From NCBI RefSeq assembly GCF_053078305.1, contig NZ_CP166879.1: a stretch of 64,000 nucleotides of DNA; one strand, 5' to 3'. Each line of letters starts with the position of its first letter. The stretch's first letter is position 1. The position numbers and the translations under genes are program-made. Positions 6,650-15,661 of this stretch are shown one piece after another. The notes under the pieces were generated by a model. It ran no database searches. It was not told the DNA's origin and saw only the letters and a program-made list of their open reading frames with translations.

Positions 6650-6820
6650 TTATCCATGTGATGCCTCCTGACGGATACGGGCGACAAAAATCAGATGTGC
6701 GTGCGGCAGCCGGGCGCGTGCTTCGTGCTCAGTGGCAGCGGTAACGGTGAATACATCGATGTTACTGTGGTGGCACTGCATAAAGCGCCAGACAAAGTAA
6801 GGGCGTGCGAATACAGCCAT
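6650..6820 (-). CDS. Icd-like small protein, copy 2
   Basis: 56 aa MAVFARPYFVWRFMQCHHSNIDVFTVTAATEHEARARLPHAHLIFV.... AGGAG lies 8 nt upstream of the ATG at 6820. Confidence 0.65.
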   Translation of the reverse strand: MAVFARPYFVWRFMQCHHSNIDVFTVTAATEHEARARLPHAHLIFVARIRQEASHG

Positions 6821-6828
6821 GTGAAAGG

Positions 6829-7043
6829 CTCCTGTAGTGAAATTAAGGAGTCTCGCTACTACGCTGTCAAACATGGTGGCGAGACGTAACAGGGTTGACA
6901 GACTGGCACTACAGGAACCAGCGAGCGCAAAGGCTCCCCCGTTACGCCCCGCCATAATGCGGGTATGGGTAGGCTTACGGACACAAAAAAACCGCATATC
7001 GGAATGTAAGCGGCTGTCCGCTGTAGTATTCAGGCTGTCAAAC
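6829..7043 (-). ncRNA. c4-like antisense RNA cassette 2
   Basis: Targets ctgtagt at 7021-7027 and 6832-6838, and ctgtcaa at 7035-7041 and 6864-6870. Antisense actacag at 6908-6914 and ttgacag at 6895-6901. The backbone is nearly identical to cassette 1. Confidence 0.6.
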
Positions 7044-7106
7044 CCGGTCGCCATGTGGACGACTCCGGCATCATACAGCCCGAAAGAAGAGGCGATCAAC
7101 ATGTTT

Positions 7107-7295
7107 TTAAGCATGACTCACCCCCTGACGAATACGGGCGGCGAATACAGCGACACAACCGGACGGGCAACGGTTACGCGCTTCGCGTTCCGTCCAGGCG
7201 GTTACGTGGATGATTTGACGTTCTGACGTGCCAAAGGTGATAAAGCGCCAGATAAAGGCGGTTTGAGAATGTACGAGGGCAGGGGTAGTAGCCAT
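7107..7295 (-). CDS. Icd-like small protein, copy 3 (diverged)
   Basis: 62 aa MATTPALVHSQTAFIWRFITFGTSERQIIHVTAWTEREARNRCPSGCVAVFAARIRQGVSHA. AAGGAGG lies 8 nt upstream of the ATG at 7295. Confidence 0.6.
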   Translation of the reverse strand: MATTPALVHSQTAFIWRFITFGTSERQIIHVTAWTEREARNRCPSGCVAVFAARIRQGVSHA

Positions 7296-7303
7296 GATGG
7301 CAG

Positions 7304-7514
7304 CCTCCTTTATCGTTGGGATATACCCACCGCTGGAGGTTCCAATCTCGCTGGCGGTGGACTGCACGGAGTTGGAACTACTGGCGATAAAGGAAACCAG
7401 CCTGACCGAAGTCAGCCCCATACAGCCCACCATTGATAAGGTGTGCGTGTGCGCCGATACAAAAAAAGACGCGTTCGGCGTCTGTATCGCCTTTATCTCC
7501 AGCGGGGTTCCAAT
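7304..7514 (-). ncRNA. c4-like antisense RNA cassette 3 (diverged backbone, same architecture)
   Basis: Targets cctttatc at 7490-7497 and 7307-7314, and gttccaa at 7507-7513 and 7339-7345. Antisense gataaagg at 7386-7393 and ttggaac at 7372-7378. Strong hairpin GACGC-CGAAC-GCGTC plus U7 at 7461-7482. Confidence 0.55.
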
Positions 7515-7825
7515 CCCGACACCCGTTTTATGAGGTGCGCGGGAATCATAGCCATTTTTGATACTGGCGATCAACTGATTTTCTCTGGCGGGTATTTGGC
7601 GCGGATGCCTGTTACCTGTGGCAATATACACACGACTGTATACAATACACATCGGTTAACTCCTTATATTCCGTTGATGGCCCGTAGTGTTATTGCATTG
7701 CGGGTATTTTTTACCTGCCGTTAATTGAATGCGGCAAGGCATCACGACGGTTAACCCGTTTTGCATAACGTGAGGCGTTTTATTTTCTGCGCTGGTGGCT
7801 TTTATATTTCACATATGGGAATTTA

Positions 7826-8029
7826 TTATTCCTGCTGATAACGCTCCTCTACTTTCTTCTCAAGCCATGATTTCACCTCATCCTCAAACCAGCCAACGCG
7901 GCGTAATCCACGCTTAAAACCAGGAATAAATTCACCAGCCTTAACCATTGTGTCAATGCTCGTTGTACTAAGGCGAAGAAGATTTGCGACTTCTCGTTTT
8001 GTAAGGATTTTCTTTTCTGTAATGTTCAT
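7826..8029 (-). CDS. AlpA-family phage/island HTH regulator (excision/transcription control)
   Basis: 67-aa ORF. ...LTKREVANLLRLSTTSIDTMVKAGEFIPGFKRGLRRVGWFEDEVKSWL... matches the AlpA/Phage_AlpA pattern from memory. Confidence 0.8.
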   Translation of the reverse strand: MNITEKKILTKREVANLLRLSTTSIDTMVKAGEFIPGFKRGLRRVGWFEDEVKSWLEKKVEERYQQE

Positions 8030-8121
8030 ACTTTGCGTTCCTTTTGTTTCAGGCGCTAACTTGCCTAAACTTGTTCAAGGATATGCAAACACGGTAAAAG
8101 CTGGCATTGCGGAATATTACG

Positions 8122-8145
8122 AAAAAAGCCCGTAATATTACGGGC
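8122..8145 (-). terminator. Rho-independent terminator after the int-orf298 unit
   Basis: On the minus strand, GCCCGTAATATTACGGGC followed by TTTTTT, about 20 bp after the orf298 stop. Confidence 0.7.
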
Positions 8146-8166
8146 GGTCATATGTTCAGAAGTCTG

Positions 8167-9063
8167 TCAGTCGTCAACGTCTGCAAGCCACTTACCTATG
8201 CATGTTGGTGTGGCACCGATATCAACGCCTGCTTTGGTTAGTGCGCGGCTTAACTTGCTGTGACCGTTTTCAAGCGCCCTTCGTGGGTTTGACGCCTCTT
8301 CTTCTCCGGCTATAGCGGTGATTAGTCTTTTGATAACTCTGGCCTGAAGATTGGTTGTTTTCTTTGATGGGGGTGGTTTATTGATGTTTAATTCATCCAT
8401 GTTTTCAATAGAAGCGGTACGCCCTCCGTTTATGGCTAAATCTATCTCACTTCTGGAAATAAAAATATCGTTACGTGATATATCCCATCCCTGTAATAAA
8501 ATCGCAGCTTTAAAATCATCCTCGTCATCGTTATCGATTATCTGAATGTATTTAGTATTTGTTGTATCGTGAAATGATAATCTTTCAATGTCTGCGCTGT
8601 TAGCCTTTACATTAAGCAATCCATCAGCTTTAACATATATTTCTTTTGCGGGTGTTATTATTTGTGCGTTTTTTATCTCTGGCTCATCTTCAGCAAAAAT
8701 ATTCATGCTGAAATAATCACCATATGATGAGTAATGATAGTTTATGTTGAGTCCTGCATGTGCATAATAAAAAACATCTATTGGAGTGAGTAGCTTATTT
8801 ATAGATGTGGCATCAATGATTACATTGCAATATTCATTTGTGTAATGCTGGTATAATGTTTTATTAGCACTGATAAGCTCAGGCTTTACCCCTTCATAAT
8901 ACTTTAATGTCAGTTTTTCATTTATATTAATGCGATACAAAAAACGCATCCTCCTCGTAGCGATGAAATGAAGCAAATCATCAACGTCACACTCAAGCCT
9001 TCTGGCTGCCTTGTCTAACGGGTAATAATCCCTTTCAGGAAGGTTTATTTTTTTGTTTGCCAT
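8167..9063 (-). CDS. AT-rich orphan protein of unknown function (island cargo)
   Basis: 298-aa ORF starting 4 nt after the integrase stop. Its central part is visibly more AT-rich than neighbouring genes. I recognise no motif. Confidence 0.6.
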   Translation of the reverse strand: MANKKINLPERDYYPLDKAARRLECDVDDLLHFIATRRMRFLYRININEKLTLKYYEGVKPELISANKTLYQHYTNEYCNVIIDATSINKLLTPIDVFYYAHAGLNINYHYSSYGDYFSMNIFAEDEPEIKNAQIITPAKEIYVKADGLLNVKANSADIERLSFHDTTNTKYIQIIDNDDEDDFKAAILLQGWDISRNDIFISRSEIDLAINGGRTASIENMDELNINKPPPSKKTTNLQARVIKRLITAIAGEEEASNPRRALENGHSKLSRALTKAGVDIGATPTCIGKWLADVDD

Positions 9064-9067
9064 GCCC

Positions 9068-10348
9068 TTAACCGTTAACCATTTTTAACCCACGATAGCC
9101 ACCCGTGGCGCTTACGCTCCCGCTGGCAGCTGCCTCTACAAAATCCCCCCACCACGCCATTAACGGGCGTCGCTGCTCGAGATAGGTTGAGCGGTTGTAC
9201 GCACGGCGAACCTCGTTTTTATCTATGTGTGACAATGCCGCCTCGATTACGTCAGAGTCAAAACCTTGCTCGTTAAGTGCGGTACTTGCTATTGAGCGCA
9301 AGCCATGAGCAACCAGCCGCCCACTAAAACCCATGCGTTTTATTGCTGCGTTTGCTGTTTGTACGCACATATGGCGCTGCGGGTCGCTGTTGTGTGGAAA
9401 TATAAACTCACGATGCCCGCTTATTGGCTTCATGACGTCCAGAATGGCTAACGCCTGCTTCGAGAGTGGTATTACGTGTTCCCTGCGTTGTTTAAGTCTG
9501 TGCTCTGGTATGCGCCATTCCTTCACCTCAAAATCAATTTCACACCAGCGCGCGCCAGCTGCTTCACCTGGTCGGCAAATTGTCAGTAGCTGCCACTCAA
9601 TGACCAGCCGCGTTTGTCGTTCCACCCGTGCCGTTGCCAGCTTCTGCATAAATTCGGGGAGTTCTTCAGGGCGTATTGCTGGCATGTTCTTAACGCTTGG
9701 CGCGTTAAATGCCTTGCTTATCTCTGATGCCGGATTCGCGGCAATCATTCCGGTATTAACGGCGTAATACATGACCTCATTGATTCGCTGTGCTGTCCTT
9801 CTGACGGTATCTAATTTCCCCTGGGCGGCTAATGGTTTTAATGCTTCGATGAAATTGCTTGCTATCAGGTCTGCTATTGGCCTGTTACCGACTGACGGGA
9901 ATACATTACGCTCCAGCGAACGCCATATATCGCGTAGTGTATCTTCTGCGAGTCCTTGCCCTTTTTTAAGTTCAAACCAGAGCGTAGCTACATGCCTGAA
10001 GGTGTTCTCTCTCTTCATCACTTCACTAAGGCGCTGTTTCTCTCTGTGCTCTTTTGGGTCAATGCCACCAGAAAGAAGCGCTCTGTATTCGTCTTTTATC
10101 TTTCGCGCGCCCGCAATGCTGATTTCTGGATATGCGCCAATGCTTAACATGGCCCGTTTTTTTGTGTGTGGCTTGTAGTAGCGGTAACGCCACAAGCAAG
10201 AGGCGCTTTTGTGCTTAATCACCAGTTCCAGCCCTTCGCCGTCAGTGATGAAAAGGTCCTTTTTTTCGTTGCTGGCTTTTCGCTGGAGGCTTTTTATCGT
10301 TGCGGGTGATAAAGACTTAACTTTTTTGGTCACCGGTTCAACTCCCAT
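9068..10348 (-). CDS. P4-type tyrosine integrase (DUF4102 N-terminal arm-binding domain plus catalytic domain)
   Basis: 426-aa ORF. Catalytic-type motifs ICRPGEAAGARW, HGLRSIAST and LSHIDKNEVRRAYNRSTY (R...HxxR...H...Y). Lies next to a tRNA gene. Confidence 0.9.
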   Translation of the reverse strand: MGVEPVTKKVKSLSPATIKSLQRKASNEKKDLFITDGEGLELVIKHKSASCLWRYRYYKPHTKKRAMLSIGAYPEISIAGARKIKDEYRALLSGGIDPKEHREKQRLSEVMKRENTFRHVATLWFELKKGQGLAEDTLRDIWRSLERNVFPSVGNRPIADLIASNFIEALKPLAAQGKLDTVRRTAQRINEVMYYAVNTGMIAANPASEISKAFNAPSVKNMPAIRPEELPEFMQKLATARVERQTRLVIEWQLLTICRPGEAAGARWCEIDFEVKEWRIPEHRLKQRREHVIPLSKQALAILDVMKPISGHREFIFPHNSDPQRHMCVQTANAAIKRMGFSGRLVAHGLRSIASTALNEQGFDSDVIEAALSHIDKNEVRRAYNRSTYLEQRRPLMAWWGDFVEAAASGSVSATGGYRGLKMVNG

Positions 10349-10388
10349 AAGCTGTTAAAGGCATATGCAAATCTGTGTTTTTTCCGGC

Positions 10389-10412
10389 GTATGCCTTTTT
10401 GTATGCCTTTTT
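10389..10412. repeat. 24-bp arm-type repeat, right copy
   Basis: gtatgcctttttgtatgccttttt is identical to 1804-1827 and lies 41 bp upstream of the integrase start codon. Confidence 0.7.
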
Positions 10413-10435
10413 AATCTTGCTTATACGCTATCAAA

Positions 10436-10450
10436 CTGGCCCAAACTGAA
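10436..10450. repeat. Candidate right junction motif ctggccc-a-aactgaa
   Basis: Shares both heptamers with 1730-1754 (ctggccc-11 nt-aactgaa). Confidence 0.35.
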
Positions 10451-10454
10451 CAAT

Positions 10455-10492
10455 AAAAAACCCGCGTTCCTTGTCTGGCGCGGGTTTGCTTT
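10455..10492 (-). terminator. Rho-independent terminator downstream of ileX
   Basis: On the minus strand, AAACCCGCG-ccagacaaggaa-CGCGGGTTTTTT. Confidence 0.75.
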
Positions 10493-10531
10493 GTTTAACT
10501 TGCCGTAACTTGTCTTTACTTGGTGTCGATT

Positions 10532-10607
10532 TGGTGGCCCCTGCTGGACTTGAACCAGCGACCAAGCGATTATGAGTCGCCTGCTCTAACCACTGAGCTA
10601 AGGGGCC
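10532..10607 (-). tRNA. ileX: tRNA-Ile2 (anticodon CAU, lysidine-modified)
   Basis: 76-nt GGCCCCTTAGCTCAGTGGTTAGAGCAGGCGACTCATAATCGCTTGGTCGCTGGTTCAAGTCCAGCAGGGGCCACCA. Full cloverleaf, encoded CCA, located between mug and yqjH as in K-12. Confidence 0.93.
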
Positions 10608-10731
10608 ATGGTAGCGGATTATAAAGTAACTCCGTGTCGCAATCCAGCCATTACCGCGCGCCTGCTGTTTTTATAAACAATGTATTTTCAATCCGTTATA
10701 CTTTTCCTGATGATGTTAGAAAGGAGTAAAT

Positions 10732-11238
10732 ATGGTTGAGGATATTTTGGCTCCAGGGTTACGGGTCGTGTTTTGCGGTATCAACCCTGGGCTTTCATCC
10801 GCCGGGACTGGTTTTCCCTTTGCTCATCCGGCAAATCGCTTCTGGAAGGTGATATATCAGGCCGGGTTTACCGACCGTCAGTTGAAGCCGCAGGAGGCAC
10901 AGCATCTGCTGGATTATCGTTGTGGCGTCACCAAACTGGTAGACCGTCCAACGGTGCAAGCCAATGAAATTTCAAAGCAAGAGCTACACGCAGGTGGGCG
11001 TAAGCTGATTGAAAAAATTGAAGATTATCAGCCGCAAGCGTTGGCGATTCTGGGTAAACAAGCATATGAACAGGGATTCAGCCAGCGCGGTGCACAGTGG
11101 GGGAAACAAACGCTCAGCATTGGTTCGACGCAGATTTGGGTGCTGCCAAATCCCAGTGGTTTAAGTCGCGTTTCACTGGAGAAACTGGTTGAAGCGTATC
11201 GCGAGCTGGACCAGGCGCTGGTGGTGCGTGGGCGATAA
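10732..11238 (+). CDS. mug: G/U mismatch-specific DNA glycosylase
   Basis: 168-aa ORF recognised as E. coli Mug (GINPGL motif). Confidence 0.93.
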   Translation: MVEDILAPGLRVVFCGINPGLSSAGTGFPFAHPANRFWKVIYQAGFTDRQLKPQEAQHLLDYRCGVTKLVDRPTVQANEISKQELHAGGRKLIEKIEDYQPQALAILGKQAYEQGFSQRGAQWGKQTLSIGSTQIWVLPNPSGLSRVSLEKLVEAYRELDQALVVRGR

Positions 11239-11280
11239 AAAACGCCACCGAAAAGGTGGCGTTTGTGCAAAGGGACAGGT

Positions 11281-11313
11281 GCCGGGTGCGGCGTAACGCC
11301 TGATCCGGCCTAC
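11281..11313. repeat. REP element
   Basis: gccgggtgcggcgtaacgcctgatccggcctac, between the convergent mug and rpoD. Confidence 0.55.
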
Positions 11314-11316
11314 CGA

Positions 11317-13158
<1,842 letters not shown>

Positions 13159-13352
13159 AAGACGGTATCCACACTTATTTCATGAGGTTGGTGTTGGGCG
13201 ATTGACCCGATGTCCTTCAGCCGTTAACGCTGAAATCCAACGGTTGTTTACCGCCAACGATAATTACGAGGGCGTACTTATATATTTGCCGCTGCCTCTC
13301 AGTGCGGCTGTCGGGGGCTTCCCGATCGCTCTTCGGCACTTAAGCCGTTAAA

Positions 13353-15098
13353 TCACTTTTTCGCCAGCTCCTGGTTTAATGTCCAGAGCTCCAGGCGTTC
13401 TTCGTTGCTTAAACCATGCGTGCGCTCACGAGCGATTAACTCTTCCTGGCGCAGTTCAAGCAGCGAATCAAACATATGGTTGAGTGAGTCGGTGAAGGTT
13501 TGCTCAGCAATATTCTTATCTGCTATATCGTCCCACATCGACAGTTTTTCAAGGGTGGCAGCATTATTTGTACCACGATAGTGCTCTAAAAGTTGCCCGG
13601 TGGTCAGACCTGGCTGGGAGAGACAAGTGTTGACCAGTTCTCTGAATAAGCCAAGTCCAGGGAGCTTATTTTCATCCAGATTCTCAAGCGGCGGGACCAA
13701 CGTCGCTAATTCTGGATTTTGCACCAGCAACCCTATAAGTATACGCATGGTCGTGCGTTTTAGCTGCGGAACAGGGCGAGAAACGCCGCTCTCTGCCGCT
13801 TTTGGCATTAATCGTTCAAGCTGGCTGTCATCAAGTATGCCTAATTTGTTGCCTAATTCCTGACGAAGATATATTCGCAGCGTTTCGCCCGGCACTTGCG
13901 ATATCAATGGCAGTGCCAGCGTACTCAAACGTGCGCGCCCGTCAGGGGTACTCAGATCAACTTGCGGCATCAGGCTGTTAAACAGAAATGCGGAGAGTGG
14001 CATCGCCTGCTCCATCCGCGCTTCAAACGCTTCTTTACCTTCTTTTCGTACCAGCGTGTCAGGGTCTTCGCCATCAGGCAAAAACATAAAGCGTAGCTGA
14101 CGGCCGTCTGTCATGTAAGGCAGCGCCGTTTCCAGCGCTCGCCATGCGGCATCACGGCCTGCACGGTCGCCGTCATAACAGCAAATGACATTGTTGGTCG
14201 CGCGGAACAACAGTTGTATGTGATCGGCGGTGGTTGACGTACCTAACGACGCAACGGCGTAATTAATGCCGTATTGCGCCAGCGCCACCACGTCCATATA
14301 GCCTTCGACCACAAGCAGACGATTGGGTTCAGCGTTATCCTGCTGCGCTTCATAAAGACCGTAAAGCTGGCGGCCTTTATGGAAAATGTCTGTTTCCGGC
14401 GAGTTCAGGTATTTGGGGGTATCGTTGCCCAGCACACGCCCGCCAAAACCAATCACCCGACCGCGTTTATCGCGAATGGGGAACATCACCCGCTCGCGGA
14501 AACGATCGTAACTGCGCCCCTGATCGTTAGTGACCAACATGCCCGCATCAATCAATGACTGGCGATTTTCTGGATTGCCGCCAAACCTCTTCAGGACGTT
14601 GTCCCAGCCGGGGGGCGCAAAACCAATCGCAAAGCGGGCGATAACCTCGTGGCTTAATCCGCGTTTTTCCAGATACTGGCGCGCAGACGTGGCAACAGGT
14701 TGCTGTAAAGATTGTTGGTAAAACGTATTCAGACCGTCCATCAACTGATAAAGCGTTTGCCGCTGATGGCGCTCGATCTGGCTGGGGCCGCTACCTGCTT
14801 CAAATGGCACTTCAAGATTGTGCATTGCTGCCAGCTCTTCGACCGTTTCGACGAACTCGAGCTTGTCGTAGTTCATCAGGAAGTCGATCGCGTTGCCGTG
14901 CGCGCCACATCCAAAGCAGTGGTAAAACTGTTTCTCACCGTTAACGGTGAAGGACGGGGTTTTCTCGTTGTGGAATGGACAACACGCGTGGAAATTCTTG
15001 CCCTGCTTTTTCAGCTTCACACGGGCATCGATCAGATCGACGATGTCGGTGCGTGCCAGCAGATCATTAATGAATACGCGTGGGATTCGTCCAGCCAT
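13353..15098 (-). CDS. dnaG: DNA primase
   Basis: 581-aa ORF. Zinc-finger CPFHNEKTPSF and a TOPRIM region. Confidence 0.98.
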   Translation of the reverse strand: MAGRIPRVFINDLLARTDIVDLIDARVKLKKQGKNFHACCPFHNEKTPSFTVNGEKQFYHCFGCGAHGNAIDFLMNYDKLEFVETVEELAAMHNLEVPFEAGSGPSQIERHQRQTLYQLMDGLNTFYQQSLQQPVATSARQYLEKRGLSHEVIARFAIGFAPPGWDNVLKRFGGNPENRQSLIDAGMLVTNDQGRSYDRFRERVMFPIRDKRGRVIGFGGRVLGNDTPKYLNSPETDIFHKGRQLYGLYEAQQDNAEPNRLLVVEGYMDVVALAQYGINYAVASLGTSTTADHIQLLFRATNNVICCYDGDRAGRDAAWRALETALPYMTDGRQLRFMFLPDGEDPDTLVRKEGKEAFEARMEQAMPLSAFLFNSLMPQVDLSTPDGRARLSTLALPLISQVPGETLRIYLRQELGNKLGILDDSQLERLMPKAAESGVSRPVPQLKRTTMRILIGLLVQNPELATLVPPLENLDENKLPGLGLFRELVNTCLSQPGLTTGQLLEHYRGTNNAATLEKLSMWDDIADKNIAEQTFTDSLNHMFDSLLELRQEELIARERTHGLSNEERLELWTLNQELAKK

Positions 15099-15126
15099 AG
15101 GCCCCGATTTTTAGCAATTCATAAAC

Positions 15127-15161
15127 GAAAATAAGCCGCGCATTCCTTTCGGAAGCACGGC
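15127..15161 (-). terminator. Internal attenuator/terminator between rpsU and dnaG (T1-like)
   Basis: On the minus strand, GCCGTGCTTCC-GAAA-GGAATGCGCGGC followed by TTATTTTCGTTT. A leaky terminator is known in the rpsU-dnaG-rpoD operon. Confidence 0.6.
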
Positions 15162-15208
15162 CTTACAACTACAACTCGGTCTGATCGGAGAGCAACGCTC
15201 TCGGGGAA

Positions 15209-15463
<255 letters not shown>

Positions 15464-15661
15464 TCAACGCCAGCTTATTTCAAAATGGTGCGGAATTTTA
15501 CTGCAATTGCTGCTGCTTTGTAAAGCACCGCGGCCTTTTTTGAAAGGGACTTTTATAAGGGTGAGGAGTATACACGAGGCTTTCTCCAGGGGCGAACAAA
15601 GTTTTACATCAACCCGCATTGGTCCTACACTGCGCGGTAATAAAGCGAGGTAAAACAAGTC

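Larger units (their letters stand above)
1730..10450 (-). mobile_element. Integrated satellite-like genomic island beside tRNA-Ile2 (integrase, AlpA, c4/icd cassettes, RepA-like replicase plus iterons, SSB, PerC-like, Mor-like, tRNA-like RNAs)
   Basis: In my recollection of K-12, yqjH and ileX are adjacent. Here about 8.7 kb of co-oriented phage/plasmid-type genes lies between them. Related junction motifs ctggccc...aactgaa occur at 1730-1754 and 10436-10450. A 24-bp arm-type repeat sits near both ends. Exact ends are uncertain. Confidence 0.8.

Noticed and set aside
6193-7652. Three overlapping 154-181 aa ORFs from the six-frame track, taken at face value as paralogous proteins
   Set aside because: Only the C-terminal 56-62 aa resemble Icd-like proteins, and each of those has its own well-spaced SD and ATG. 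The upstream parts have odd composition, and they coincide with reverse-complementary heptamer sets and hairpins. I annotate short icd-like CDSs plus RNA cassettes. The open upstream frame is kept as an unresolved finding.
1730-10450. Retron, toxin-antitoxin or restriction-type defence system within the island
   Set aside because: I could recognise no reverse transcriptase, nuclease, methyltransferase or classic TA pair in the island ORFs. Only orf298 remains an open candidate.
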